Part shown: one piece after another, positions 1 through 13,483 of the stretch | Numbering within the stretch: the stretch's first letter is position 1 | How the letters are laid out: every line of letters starts with the position of its first letter | Assembly: GCA_028023455.1 (NCBI GenBank) | Contig: JAQFVV010000008.1 | Span: 7,998,001-8,062,000 of the forward strand | Source of the DNA: Epiperipatus broadwayi | Taxonomy: Eukaryota; Animalia; Onychophora | Direction: 5' to 3' | DNA length: 64,000 nt | Translations under genes and position numbers: made by a program | Notes under the pieces: generated by a model | Database searches by the model: none | Told to the model about the DNA's origin: nothing | Seen by the model: the letters and a program-made list of their open reading frames with translations, nothing else

Positions 1-1042
1 AGCGGCAGAAATTTCAAACTTTTTTTTTATAAGCCTTATCATTAACATATAGATTAATTGCTTCATTAAATTAACAATTATTAATATGTTGCCTTTTTTA
101 CAATTAGTAATCACATATTAGAGTGGAGTTGTCACATACACAGTGGTATTATACAGTGATTTACCTAACCATTATTGGAAAAATATATAATAAAAAGTAA
201 AAAAAATTAAAAATTGATAAAAAGAAAGTGTTATTATATTTCATTTAAATATTAAATCTCTTGCATTTTATAACTACTAATTTTTATCATATCTATGCAA
301 GACTGCAAAAAAATATACAAATATATAATACTTTTAATAACATTATAATTATATATATATCAAAGTGCTCTATTTTTTTTTTTTCTGTTCAAAAATTCTG
401 TTTCTTTTGAAAATTGCTTTAATTGGACTGTATTAAAAAATATATATATATTTAAAACATCAGAAAAGTTTAAGTAGGCTTTTTTTTCTTCATACAACTT
501 CTATTACTGTAATTTCTTTTGGGAAAAAAGTCTTTGCAAAATCTTTTAACATTTTTTTATAAATTATTTTTAAAAAATTTTAAATACAAGTAGAAAAAAA
601 ATTGGAATTTTCTAAACACAATAAAATAGAAAATTTGAAATTATCTTTTGCCTATTGTATTTTCAGTAATTACATTTGTTTTAAAGTGAAACATTTTACA
701 GGTATATACATACAATAGTTATTCTTTGGATATGTGTATGTTAAAATGTTTTGTTTATATATATAAAACATAATATTTTTTTTATTATATATATTACCCA
801 CTTGATTTATAGCATTTGCTATTATCCACAAGGGAGGCTTGGAGCCAATTAACATAAATGTAGCAGCCCCATTGCACTTCTATTAATATAAATCTTATTA
901 ATTGAATTAAAAATGTATAGAACAGAAGTAATTATATAATTAATACATTACAGAACTATATTTTATAATACTTTTATAAATGAAAACATGTAAGCATGCT
1001 ATATTCGTTCATTATTTAATTAAGGTGAAAAGATATTTTATA

Positions 1043-3305
1043 CACAGTCCTCTAGTTACGAACTTAATTGTTTCCTGACATGTATTTGGAAATTGAAATT
1101 GTTTGAAAGTAGAGATATGTAAAAAAAACATCAAAAAGGGTTTTCAAAATACAATATTTATTTTTTATTGATTAGTATCTGGAGTTTTGTTCACAAATTT
1201 ATCAAGAGTTAATTGAATTGCATTCTTTTTCTTCTCTTGGTAAAGAATTCTATAACATTCTGTGTCTTTTTCTATTGCCTTTTGTACATGAGATATATGC
1301 TCTCCATTGGAATCACACTCCTTCATGAAGGTTAAAAATGTCAAGATGCATGAAGACTTCATTCATATTCTTGATTGTCAAATTCTTAACAATAAGTTCA
1401 GTATCAGGTTCTTCTTCATTTTGTATTTCATTCATCTCTTGTAGTTTAATCAAGTCTTCATTTGACAGAGGTTCTGAATGAGATTGTATTAACTCATCAA
1501 TATCTTCATCAGTGACATCTAAATTTAATTCATTCATAATATTGATTATTTCAGTTGTGATATCTTCAGGAGTTTCTTCAATGTCCAAAAAAGCATTCAT
1601 CATTTGTGAATATATTTTTTTTTCCAACAACCTTTCATTGTTGATTCTCTTACTTCACCCCAAGCATCCCCCAATAATATTTATTGCATTCCATATATTA
1701 TAACTTTTCCCAAAATCTCTTAATGTAAGTCCACCTTCCTTGTCAATTGCCTTGATTGCTTAAGTCATTAATCTTCTCATATAATACCGCTTAAAAGTAG
1801 CTATCACAGTTTGGTCCATAGATTGTTTTTCATTTGTGGTATTGGGAGGGATAAACACAACTTCTGGATATAAATTTTGCAGGGATTTTGGATGTCCAGG
1901 AGAGATGTCTAAGAGCAATAGTATTTTAAATGGTAAATTATTCTCACTTCAATATTGCCTAACAGAAGGCACAAAATGATGCCAGAACCAATCTTGAAAA
2001 AGCTGTGCAGTAGCCCAGGCTTTAGTATTTGATTTCCAAATGACTGGAAGCATTCTTTCATATTTGTCTTTCAATGCTCTAGGATTTTCTGTCTGATAAA
2101 TTAGCATTGGCTTCAATTTAAAATCACCAGTTAAATTACCCCCAAGAAGCAATGTTGATCTGTTTTTCGAAAGTTTATGCCCAGGTGCAACTGATACTTC
2201 CTTTGCTAAATATGTATGTGCAGGCATCTTTTTTCCAAAATAATCCTGTCTCATCTATATTGAAGCCTAGGCATGGAAAATAAGTTCCATCTTTAATGAT
2301 ATTAGAGAAAGTTGAAATAAATTCACTGGCAGCTTTCTTATCTGCACTGGCTCCTTCCCCAGTACATTTAATATTATGTAAAGAATATATTTTAAATTTG
2401 TGAAACCAGCCATTGCTTGCTACAAATTCAACAGCAGAGTCTTCTTTTAATTCTTTCTTCCAATCTTCATGCAAACTAAGAACCTTAGCTTGAATAATTG
2501 ATAAACTCACTGGGATGCTGTTTTGATGTTGATCTTCTATCCATAAAGCCAAAGATTTCTCTATTTCATCCATTATTCTACCATGTCTTTTTGAAACTAT
2601 CTTTGAAGAAATATTTTCACAATTTTTACATATCCTTTAATTTTGTTATTGTTTTTCACAATTGTATATATTATTGATTGGTTTAAATTACATGAACATG
2701 CAATTGAAATGAAAGATTCACCATTTTCAGAATTTCTAATTATATCCATTTTTGTCTTGACCGTTTGGGGTTTATAAAACCTTGATTTCTTTTTGGTTGT
2801 ATCAACGCTGCTGTTTTTTTGTTTCTCACTCATGTTTTTAAATAATAAGAATAATAAAAATTCACCAAAACAGAAATATATACAGTGTATATGTAACATA
2901 TCGCGCACAAACTACTTTTAAAAACAAGCGCTAATCAAGACGTGATTGCACACAAACTACTTTTAAAAGCAAGTGCTAATCAAGACGATCCTGTATGTTC
3001 TCTAAAATATACTTTTAATTATTTTCTAAATTCCAAAGTTTATCTTTCGTTAGATATAATTCAATTATGTAAATAGTTTTTTTTTTATCAGATACTGTAA
3101 ATTTGTAGTGTTAATTACTAAAAGGAATTTTTTAATTATTAAAGTACTAAAATACTGTACAATTTTGAATACCCATTTCTTTCTACAGTATATAGCACTA
3201 ATTATACATGAAAGTATGTGCATAAATAAAGATCTAAAGTTCAAAAGCGATTACATAATAGCAAAATGTTTATAACTCAAGTGTTAATAACTAGGGGACT
3301 GCCTG
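1043..3305 (-). mobile_element. pogo/Tigger-family DNA transposon, full-length but decayed
   Basis: Imperfect TIRs CA(GG)CAGTCCYCTAGTTA at both ends with TA flanks (1041-1042, 3306-3307), enclosing a fragmented transposase. Confidence 0.9.
1165..2830 (-). pseudogene. Tigger/CENP-B-like transposase pseudogene
   Basis: ORF fragments give the psq-HTH (KTKMDIIRNSENGES), HTH_Tnp_Tc5 and FNIDETGLFWK, the DDE_1 core (TLLLGGNLTGDFKLKPMLIY...ENPRALK...WKSNTKAW) and an acidic C-terminus (EDIDELIQSHSEPLSNEDL). Frameshifts and stops separate them. Confidence 0.9.
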
Positions 3306-3337
3306 TATATAATAATTAAACTTTGAATTGTAAACTA

Positions 3338-3393
3338 ACACAATAGAAGGTTTGCAGAACCTTTTTCAGGGGAACCCTCTTCATCAGATGTGC
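3338..3393 (-). ncRNA. Degenerate type I hammerhead ribozyme motif (solitary)
   Basis: Minus strand: gcacat CTGATGA ag AGGG ttc CCCT GAAA AAGGTT ctgca AACCTT c tattgtgt. Stems II and III are perfect; the junction at the cleavage site is imperfect. Confidence 0.55.
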
Positions 3394-4175
3394 CAAATCC
3401 TAGCATCATTAATTACAAATCTAAATATGCTCAAATCTTATTCGTAGGAAGATTTTTCATGTTCTTTATTTAAAGTATGAAAAATAAAATATGTACAATT
3501 ATATTCTGAATAGGTAAAAACTATCAATTTCATACTTTTTTACAAATCTAGCCATTAATACATATTGTAATCTCTCTGTTATGGGTCATGTATATAACCT
3601 ATAAAAATAAGTAAAAAAGTATTATTATTATGTTATTTAAAACTTTGAAAGGTTTAGTTCGTTTTCTTTTAATAAAGACAAATTATAATGGAATAAATTT
3701 AAAAATAAATAAATAAATTTGAAAGAAATGAAAAATGTTGTTTCTTTGTTTTCCTTTTAAAATATGATCTAAAAATAAAATAAATTAATACTTTAAAGAT
3801 ATTAAATATTATTTTTTTTAAAAATGATAATAATAATGAGTGCAGATTAAATACAAATAATGGGAGAGTATTTGGTAACCATTTTGGTTTTTTTATCTAT
3901 TGTTACAAAGATTGCTATGGAAATTTTGTCTGTTGCTAACCAATAAAAAAAAAATACTTTTTCTAATCACCGTAGCTTTTTGTGAAGTTTATAGTTTATA
4001 TAGCTCACAAATTAGTAGCTATGAAAATAACTTTTAATTGGTTTCATATTTATTTAACATGGCTGGGTAGAATTCCAATTGAGTATTGACCTCATCTTCC
4101 CAAAGATGTGGCCTTTGTGGAGTGGTGTGATGCCTGAATACTGCAAATAAATACTTAATTACACCGAATATTGTC

Positions 4176-4986
4176 AGATTTATTTGCAACACTGTATCAA
4201 AATGCAATATTTATTTTAAAAAATAAAAAAAGTCAAAGAAGTAAATCGTGAATTACAAAAGGAAATAAATGTACCAAAGATGAAGAACATACATACATAT
4301 TAAGCATTTATCTAAGTGCAATTAAAAGAAAATTATTGTTGTCCAAAAAATCTGCTAGTTTTATCATTTATACACGACGACATGATAATACATAAATAAT
4401 GACTGGAGATCCTAATGTTAACTTGACATTTAATATCTTAAAATGCAGATGAAAAAGGAGTGTGCATTTGTGGAGCTCAGCAGATAAACAAAACAAAGAA
4501 TTTACTAAGATCATTTTAAATGATTCTATTAAATAAATAATAACCTTGCTTATAACATCAAAAGTAATTTGATTTGCTAAGACACATTTTCCTCTTAAGT
4601 CAATTTATACCTACCACTACTAGATTTATTTATGTTACTGTATCAAAACATAATATTTACTAAAAAAATAAAAAAAAAGTCGAAAAAGTAAACCATGAAT
4701 CACAAGTGGAAATGCACCAAAGAAGAGAAATTTGCACAGATATTAAACATTTATCTAAGCATATCTAAAAAAAACTATTGTTGTCTGAAAAATGTGCTAG
4801 ATTTATCATGAAGTCATGATAATACGTAAATAATGACCAGAGATCTTATTTCAAATGCAAGCAATTAAAACAAAGAAAAATTTGCTAAGATCATTTTAAA
4901 TGACTCTATCAAATACATAATAATCTTGCTTACAATATCAAAAGTAATTTAGTTTGCAAAAGACTCATTTTTCTCTTAAGTCAATT
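4176..4986 (+). repeat. Diverged tandem duplication (about 4176-4606 and 4622-4986)
   Basis: Shared blocks agatttattt..actgtatcaaaa, catttatctaag, catgataatac.taaataatgac, ctaagatcattttaaatga and ctcttaagtcaattt; the second copy has deletions. Confidence 0.85.
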
Positions 4987-6221
4987 TTAATACTTGGTAT
5001 TTTTTTTTTTATTATTATTATTATATGGCTAAGTTTCACTTTGTGATGTGAAAGAATGGAAAATATTCGTTTTAAATTTTATAAAATTTGCTAATTATTA
5101 TTGTTAATCTTAGAATTGTGAGATCAACTGAGTTTAGAGGGAAAATTAAAGATTTTTAATTAATGAGTTTAGCTATTATACAAATGACTGATTTCTCAGG
5201 TCCATTTTGAATAGTTTTTTATTATATATATATTTCATTTTATTGATTATGTACATATGTAAATATAAAAGAAATTAAATTGTTTTACATATTTTTTGTT
5301 GTTGTTGTAAATAAATTGTTATTATTAAAAACATCCTTTCTCATCGAGTTTTCATCTCACAGACAAATATTTTATGTATTTCTAAGATCGAAATATATTT
5401 TGATCTAACAGTTCTGATAGGGCTAAGTTAAAAACCTAGCTATTAGAATAATAATGTATATGTAGAATAAATCAGCAATTATAACTAAAGTTTATGTTAA
5501 GACTTGTACTTGATGTAAGCTTCAGTTTGATTGTCATCCATGACTATGATCAAATAGAATTAAATTTTAGCTTATGACCACTCCACCTTGTACATGAACT
5601 GGTCATTGATGAGCAAATAAATTATCATTCCCTCTTGAGTAATAAGACATAACAACAAATGTCTAGCAATCCTTTACAATATATATATATATTTAAATAC
5701 AAGTATAGTATATATACTTAAGCTAGATGTAATATCTATTTGTAAAAAAAGCAGTCTTTTTTACATAATTATTAAGCAGACACAAGTATTAAATAAATAT
5801 ACACCTAACCAATTATGTAATCACAGGTTGTATTCTATTATTCTGATAACCTTAGTTCACAAAAAATTACTTATGTGAAAATGAATAAAGTCACTCAAAC
5901 TTATGTCTCTAATTGTACAGTAAAATATAAAATGTTTAAAAATTAAGCATTATGTATTAGCATAATTTATATGAAAGTTATTAGCAAATATTCTTTTAAA
6001 AAACTGATTTAATAAAATACAAATTTTTATTGATTATGAAGAAATTTTATATATTTAAAGTGGTAAAATTGTCATATTCTAATAAATATAGCATCTTGTA
6101 AAAATGATTAGTAAAAAAAAAGTAAACACTTAAAAGGTACTCTTATATTTACTGTTTAAATTTACTGCTTTATTAAAAAAAAAAAGATGCAATAGCTCAG
6201 GAGTTCATAAAAAGTTTGATT

Positions 6222-6285
6222 GCCAGAATCAATCCTGAGACCTCCTGATCCCAAGTTGGATGCTCTACCAACTGTGCCAAACTGC
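6222..6285 (-). mobile_element. tRNA-derived SINE head or tRNA pseudogene
   Basis: Minus strand TGGCACAGTTGGTAGAGC (A box) ... GGAGGTCTCAGGATTGATTCTGG (variable arm and degenerate B box). The cloverleaf is not intact. Confidence 0.6.
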
Positions 6286-7251
6286 ATAAAGGTATAACTT
6301 TGATAAAATTAATGAAATGAAAAAAAATAAATTAAATTCATTACCTACTTACATTTACTTGATTATAAAATAATTTATATTTTATGGAAAATTTATAAAC
6401 TATTTCAGAAACTGTATTCTAATGTAAAAGTAATTGCTTCATAACAATTCATTTTCTGTTGACATTTTTGAGAATAAGTGATTAGGAAAGGGTTTTGCTT
6501 TACATTATGTAGTAAGTGAAAATAAACAATGAATAAAGTGACATGACCTTTTAACAATTTAATTTTTAAAAATAAAAGAGGAACTACAGCACTTGTTTTG
6601 CTAATTCAAATTAGAGTAATGTAATCTTGTGAAGATTTAAAACTGACATCAAATATATATATTTTTTACCAATTTTTTTTTTTTTATTGAAAATGAATTT
6701 TAGTGTAGAAATACAATTTTTTATTATTATTTTGGCTATCATACAAAGTTGAAAATGATAACAGCTTATAGTGAATTAAATTTTTCCATAAAAAATATAT
6801 GAATACAATAGTTTGACCATGCATATATCAATTTTTTTTTATGGATTTTTAGCATTGAATTGCAAATTTGTTTATTATTTCAGCTGATAGACTTGAGAGT
6901 CTATAGTAGTACATACACAACATATGCATAAATTAAATTTCACAAAACTGTATTGTAAATACTGTTTCACTATATTATTACATCAAATGATTGACTTAAC
7001 TTTGCATAAAATGAAAGTTTTCAGCATTTTTTATCAATTATTTTTTTTAAAAAAACTTTTAACTAAGAATTACAAATTTGTATTATTTCTACTGCCATAC
7101 AATCAATGTACAATCACTCAGCTCACAGAAAAATGTAACTTCATTATCAGAATATATTAAGTATATTATACTTTTTGACTATGTTTCCCTTCTTCTTCTT
7201 TTTTTTAAATTGATGATATACTTTTTTCTGTAATTTTTTGTTTCTTTAAAT

Positions 7252-7656
7252 AAAGAATTCAAACTAGGATTTAGAATTCCTTCAAACACCAATAGACTCA
7301 TTAATAATACTAAAGATAAAAGAAACATTGAAGCAACCCCCCCCTCCAAGAGTATATAGAATTGTGTGCCTTCAGACAGAGTATGGTGCAGTTTATTATG
7401 GTGAGACTCATGTCACAATTGGCAATAGATTAGCTCAACACAAATACACATATACATGAGCAAGTAACCAAAAAAAAAAGGAGTTTCATTTTTGCTGACC
7501 ATCAGCAAGAGCTCAACCACAGATTTGAAACCTCCAAAGGCTGACATATTATGCACAGAGAGGAATGACATCAAGAGAAAAATCAAAGAAGCTTGTTTTA
7601 TTACCAGTGACATCAACTCAATAAATTTTGCCATTTCCAGAAAATGGATAATATAA
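7252..7656 (+). pseudogene. Penelope-like element (PLE) C-terminal GIY-YIG endonuclease remnant
   Basis: With frameshifts: KEFKLGFRIPSNTNRLINNTKDKR...RVYRIVC..EYGAVYYGETHVTIGNRLAQHKY...FADHQQELNHRF...ADILCTERNDIKRKIKEACFI...SIN. This follows the PLE pattern VY.I.C..C...Y.GET...L..R..EH...A.H...H.F...IL..E....R.I.E..I. Confidence 0.8.
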
Positions 7657-7705
7657 AAAATAGTTTTGCATACATTTGCATATAACAACGTTGATAACAT
7701 AAAGA

Positions 7706-7747
7706 GGCTATGATTATGGAGTAACAAAACTCTGAAAGCGCTAAACC
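7706..7747 (+). ncRNA. Degenerate minimal hammerhead ribozyme 3' of the PLE ORF
   Basis: ggct ATGATTA t GGAGT aacaaa ACTCT GAAA GCGC TA aacc. Stem II and the palindromic stem III (AGCGCT) are present and the CTGATGA core has two substitutions. It lies 50 nt after the GIY-YIG stop, on the same strand. Confidence 0.6.
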
Positions 7748-8491
7748 AACATAAATTATTATATAGAAAAGTTTCACCACAATGCATCAGTGTATTATTA
7801 ATCTTTTGTTCTGAAAATTAACTTTTAGTATAGAATTATAAAATTTTTGATTTTGTATATTGTGGATATTCATAAATATTTTCTCAACTGATTTTAATTC
7901 AACTTTTTTAATGTTGTATACATTATGAGAATTGTAATTTTTGTGAATAATTTTGGCCATGTTGGCTTGTCTAAAAGTGCTTGGACAATATGTTTTGTAT
8001 TGATGCAATTCAAAATAATAACAATCATCTTGTATCACATAGTAGAGCATTTAACACTAAACATTTTATATATAATTCTTTATTTTATTGATTTACCTTA
8101 AATAAAAAAATCTTCTATGTATTTAATAATTTTTAATATATAAAAAATTGCCTTTATTAATTTTGATGTTTGTTTTAAAGTTTTTTTTTTGTTACAGTCA
8201 AAATTTTTGATATCAGACTACTTTATTAATGAGAAATAATGAATGACCTATTTAGAAATTTTTTAAACATGCTGTATTAAAAGGTGTTTATAAAAAAAGA
8301 TTTAATTTTAGATATGAATATACTGTATTATTTTCATGTTTTTAATATATTATTGATTACTTTTTCTTTGGTTATTGTTATGTGGCAGATAGTAGATAAC
8401 AAACTCTCTAACATTGATTAAATAATGCTTAATGTCTTTTCAAAAAAGAAGCAAATAACAATAATAAGAAATTAGAATAACTTAATAATTA

Positions 8492-8681
8492 ATAAACATC
8501 ACATGATCACCATTTCTTATGCTTGTTTATAACTATTGTTAAAACAGGCAAGCCAGAAACTAGTCTGGGGATATTGGATGAAAGTGCACTAGATAGGGAT
8601 TTTCTGCACAAGCCTTCTGGCATCCATTGGTTACTCTAGCTTGCCGTGTGTGGCAATACGTATATTGAATTTCGCCTGTTT
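8492..8681. mobile_element. R1 HHR retroelement, copy A (inverted 3' end plus direct copy starting inside the HHR)
   Basis: 8492-8550 is the reverse complement of the R1 3' segment. 8551-8681 matches R1 from GCCAGAAACTAGTCTGGGG. 14-bp TSD TAACTTAATAA(T/C)TA at 8478-8491 and 8682-8695. Confidence 0.85.
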
Positions 8682-9285
8682 TAACTTAATAACTATAAAT
8701 ACCTCAACAAGATTATTAAAACAAATAGAAAAATAATGAATGATAATAATCACAGAATTTAATTTGGATGAAATACTTTTAACAGAAATAATATTAAAAA
8801 GAAATATAACTATGGACTTGAAAAGAAAGACTTTTAATAAATGTGTTTTATAAATACTTAATTATGTATCTAAAACTTGGATATTTAAAGAAGAATAGAA
8901 ATACTTCAGACCATATGGTAAAGTATGGAGAGGTGTATATTGGGAGTAATAAGGAAAAATTGAAAATGAAGCATATGAATAAAAAAACAACAAGATATTA
9001 TTGATCACTGAAAAAAAAAAAGTAGAAATGTAATTGAGCTAGACCTGATTATAAAAAAAGATGAACACCTAGTCTTAAAATGGATTTTAAAAGATTATAA
9101 AAAATTAATAAGACTGATTATAAAAAATTAGATAAGAGAAATTGGATTAAATATGGAAAATCCATCTTGTAGGGGATTCATAATGATGGGGAAACAATGA
9201 TAAAGAGAAAGAGGACATAAAAACATATATTTCTTAAATTCAATTTTTAAAAAAACGTTTAATATTCTGAGACTAAAACACTTAC

Positions 9286-9376
9286 CAATTTTGATCTCCA
9301 CTTCTCATTACAGAAGAAGCTAAACATAATCTTTCCCTTACAGACCATATATCAAGAGGACCTTGTTTCTTTAATC
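9286..9376 (-). CDS. BRD8: BRD8 coding exon 2 (91 nt, phase 1 to phase 2)
   Basis: Acceptor aattttttatAG and donor GTAAGT. It translates (R)LKKQGPLDIWSVRERLCLASSVMRSGDQN(W), matching the BRD8 N-terminal motif WSIREKLCLASSVMRSGDQNW. I found no exon 3 in 1-9285, so the gene probably continues beyond the window start. Confidence 0.93.
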
Positions 9377-11232
9377 CTATAAAAAATTACCAAAAAATGC
9401 ATATATAAATAATATTTTCTTCACATATAAAATATTTACAAAAGTTTTTGAAAGATACTTTTATTATCATTTCATGAAATTACAACTCAATTTTAAATTT
9501 CAATTTTCTACTATTTATATTTAAATGAAATATTTATTTTACATAGCGCTATGTTTATAAACTGTAATATTAATAATCAGCATTAAGCTAATGCACAAGC
9601 GCTTTATAGATTTTTAACTATAAATGAATACTTTCACTTTCAAACACAAGATAAAGTCTTTGTGAAAAAATAGAATGAATCCATCTATCTTTTCGGCCCA
9701 AACATTTATGCATGGGCAAATCTTAAGCATTTGGAAATGAGAACGTGAAGATATTAAGCGATCATTTTAAATTACTTTTACTATATTTTCATTTTTTGTT
9801 TTCCAAGACTATCTAGGAATAAGGTTACATTAACAAGCAATAAACTTTGAAACACTGTAATATTACAGATATTATCATGTACATAATTTAAAAATATAAA
9901 TTCATGCAACATACTCTACATTTTCACATTTTTTAAATATCATAGTTCAGTTACAATATTATTACAATCTACCATTTAATCAATAGGGCATAAACTCTAC
10001 TTACATTCCATTAACTGAATAGCAATACACAATATCAAACAATATGCTTTATAAGTTAGAAAACAGCAACATATATATAGCTTACAAACAACAGAACTGA
10101 CAAGGCCACAAAATTAAAACAAAAAATGACTGAAAACCTTTCAAAGATTTTCTGCAGATTTCATCTTTGCATCAAAGTATATCAAATAAAGATCATCAGT
10201 CAAAATTTCCATCAACTAGAGAGAAATACACACACACACACACACCAGAATTATTTAACACACTGATCCAAAACAGCCAAAGAATCCAAAGACCAAAAAA
10301 AATCCATCTTTATATTTGTCAAATGTAATAGTTAATACTACAATGCTGAATCCCACAAACTCAATGAAGGATCAACATATTATAGCCTTTATTTACCAAT
10401 GTCTACTTAATGTAAATTTTTTCTTAATTATCCATTTCAATCTAACTATCTATCATTAAGCAGCTTTTATAAAAGTTGTTAAATTTTGAGACTCACAATA
10501 TCAATATTATTTAAAATATTTAGAGTATGATCAAATAATTCACTCCTTAGGTTCAGAACAAATAATTTATTTTGATCTTAATTTATTGTTACTTTCAATT
10601 CACTTTTGCATTAAATTTCATATTTCCAGATAAGAACAGGCCATTAGATTAGATGAAGCAAATTTCAGATTCTAAAATCATCATAACTAGAAAATAGAAA
10701 GTGATTTTCTAAAAGATCATTAATTACTTTACAAAATACAGGAATCTTAGCAAAAATACACCACATTCCTTAATAAAGATATTTGATAAATATCTAATAA
10801 AATTTATGACTAGAATTGTTATAAATTATAACTAGTATTAAAAAAATAATAATAATGCTTTATCAGTGTTAAGATTATTATGTCAATATAGTAAGAATTA
10901 TTGCAATAGAATTTTCTGTATTAGTTTTTTTATTCATCACTTGTGAGCAATATAAAAAGCAGCTATTAAATACATCAAAATTCTCCCAATTAATAAACAT
11001 ACATGGTGGCATCAATATAAACAGCAAATCAATTAACATTTAGCAATCTATTCATTTGTGCTAAAATGTGACAACATAAAGTAAAACACTTAAAATATTG
11101 AATCAATGATTGTTCTGCTATCTTCTGCTATCAAGATCTATAATTCTCTTCTTAAAGATTTTTTAATTTTATCTATCCATAAAAAAAAAAAGAGATTCAT
11201 ATTTAGGAAATCTAAGTCTTTATTCTTATATT

Positions 11233-12360
11233 CAACTTGAACAGGAAATAAGTGAAACTTCCAATGAGTTATATAACATTGGCAAGTTTTTTTGTTTTTT
11301 TTACCATTCATCAACCCAGAAGTCAGACCAATCTCTTACACTACAGATGCATTAGAAATATATACTTTTCCAAGTAAACTATATTGCACATCTTACAAAT
11401 TAACTGCATATACACATTAGTTGAACTTTTAAAGATACTTGGGCTTAATTTCATATATGTATTTAAATATGTTTCAAACTTCTATTCCATCATGCATTAT
11501 TAAAACATAATCAAAATCATGTGAAAATGATAAATGATCCCCAAGAACATACATTTTGTGTAGAAGTAGCACTCATCAGTTGGTGCAGATCATAATCTCT
11601 CACACATTATCTTTATCATTTTCTCAGGACATATATAAATAGCAAATTACTACAGTTTAAACAGGTTTCGAATTTTCTGCTATACAACTTTGATTCAAAC
11701 TACTTTATGGAAATATATTAAAAACTTGTTACTAATTATTTATTAAGCTAGTCATTACCCTTAGCCCAAATATATAATTTAAGTATTACTTAATGAATAA
11801 TGTATCTGCACTGTTATAGAGGTAACAATACCTGATTTTTTTGCCCATATTGACAGTCTTTGATAACATTCACACTTATACAAGTTTGGGATTGTATACA
11901 TTTTTAAAACCTTGTATAGGGGGTGTACAATCATTGCACTACAATATATATTACGATCATTGATTATATATTATAGAATACATGATAGCATCACTATTAA
12001 ATATTCAGATGATCAAAGAGGAGCTTTGGTTTTAAACAACCTCTAAATATGAAATGAAAACTCAGTTATAATATCTGTAAATAATAAATAGCCCAGATTT
12101 TATGTAACTTGAACAGGAAATAACTGAAGTTTCTGATGAGTTGTATAATATTTGCAAGTTTTTGGTTTTTTTAACCATCCATCAGCCTAGACGTTAGATC
12201 AATCTCTCACATTACAGATACATTATGATATATACTTTTCCAAGTAATCTATATAGCACCTTGCAAATTAACTTCATATACATTAGTTTGTTTGCTTGCT
12301 TTTTAAGATACTTCAGCTAACTTCATATAATATGTATTTAAATATATTTCAAACTTCTGT
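11233..12360 (-). mobile_element. R2 HHR repeat family: copy 11233-~11800 (HHR at 11539-11583) plus partial 3' copy 12105-12360
   Basis: Minus strand ccaa CTGATGA gtgcta ctt ctacac aaaa tgtatgt tc ttgggg atcatttatcattttcacatg. Flanks align with 16150-16610 (inverted) and 26325-26620. 11233-11470 is repeated at 12105-12360. Confidence 0.75.
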
Positions 12361-13483
12361 TCTGGTGTTGATACTTCCATAACACTACAGATATATTATT
12401 CATTAATTAAGATTTAAACTATATATTTAGACTAGAGATAAGGTGTAGTTTAATAAATAATTAGTAACAATTATTAATGTATTTCCATAAAGAAGTGTAT
12501 TCTTATTTTTCTCCTTTTACTTTTTTTTTTTAATAGGATTAATAATAAAAATAAAATAAATATATAAAAGATTTAATATGTGGATATAGGTAAAAAATTA
12601 TAAATATATTTTTTATATATATAAAGATTTATAAGATTAAATTTTCAAATAGAATTAAAAGTTAAGAAAATTGATAATAAAGGGAGTTGAATTAAAGGAG
12701 TATATACAAAAGAAAATAAAAAAAATTTTAAAAATCAGTTATTTTAAAAGGTAGAGAAGATTAAGATCTGTAAGTTTAAATGAATAGGAAAATTATTAAA
12801 GAGAATAAAAATAAAAATTATTAATAAAAAATAAGATTAGAAATAATAAAATGGCAAAAGTTAAATTTACTGGTATTAAAATAAAAGATAAAATTAGATA
12901 ATAATGTAAAATGATAGATAGGAAGAAAAGATTAAAGATAAAAAGTAAAAAATAAAGTTAAATTAATAAACAAGTAATAAAGGACAGTTTTTTTAAAAAA
13001 ATTTAAAAAAATTAAAAATAGGTTTGGTACTTATAACGTAATCGGGCTTGGCCACTTGATGTCATTCTGGCTAGCCAAAACACTTAACAAATGCCATTTA
13101 CAAGGCATGACTTACGGCTATAGAAAACATATATGTTTGTCTTAGCCATTAGAAGGCCGTTTCTGATGACGTAACGCAGAAATAATACGGCCTATTTCTG
13201 CTTCGCGACAGTTATTGTGATTCCACATACTTATCTTTCGTGTACAGTTTGATATATATGTGTGTTTAGTAGGATTAGTCAAATTTTTACAATATACCTT
13301 ACACAATATTTGTATTTGTAATTAATTTAATAAACATGAATTTATAGTAATTTTCTAAACGGCCACACCCTTGTTTAGAGAATGTGTAAGGTGTAAAAGT
13401 TTGCCGAGGGTTGTTAAAAAAGAATTCGGCTGATATCACATGCGAAATCTCGTTTTCACGTGAAATACCACGTAGTTTATAAA

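Noticed and set aside
670-880. ORF 670-855 and an exon-like stretch at about 800-880
   Set aside because: No frame resembles BRD8 or any protein I recognise.
4060-4145. GC-richer island with a minus-strand acceptor (FRHHTTPQRPHLWEDEV...)
   Set aside because: It does not match the expected BRD8 exon 3 (VSVSRAIKP...), the donor is weak and no family was recognised.
7413-8050. Minus-strand ORFs of 124 aa and 87 aa
   Set aside because: The first is the antisense shadow of the PLE GIY-YIG remnant and the second has no recognisable motif. The nearby minus-strand ctgatgcattgtggtgaaac lacks A9 and stem II.
11340-11430. VYMQLICKMCNIVYLEK-like frame in R2 copies, read as GIY-YIG
   Set aside because: It lies 3' of the HHR, the motif is not conserved between copies and GET/R/H residues are missing, so R2 is treated as non-coding.
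13158-13192. CTGATGAcgtaacgcaGAAAtaata, an HHR-like core in the Merlin 5' region
   Set aside because: Stem II would need a 1-nt loop and stem I is out of register. It is better explained as a TGACGTAA (CRE-like) site plus a local hairpin.
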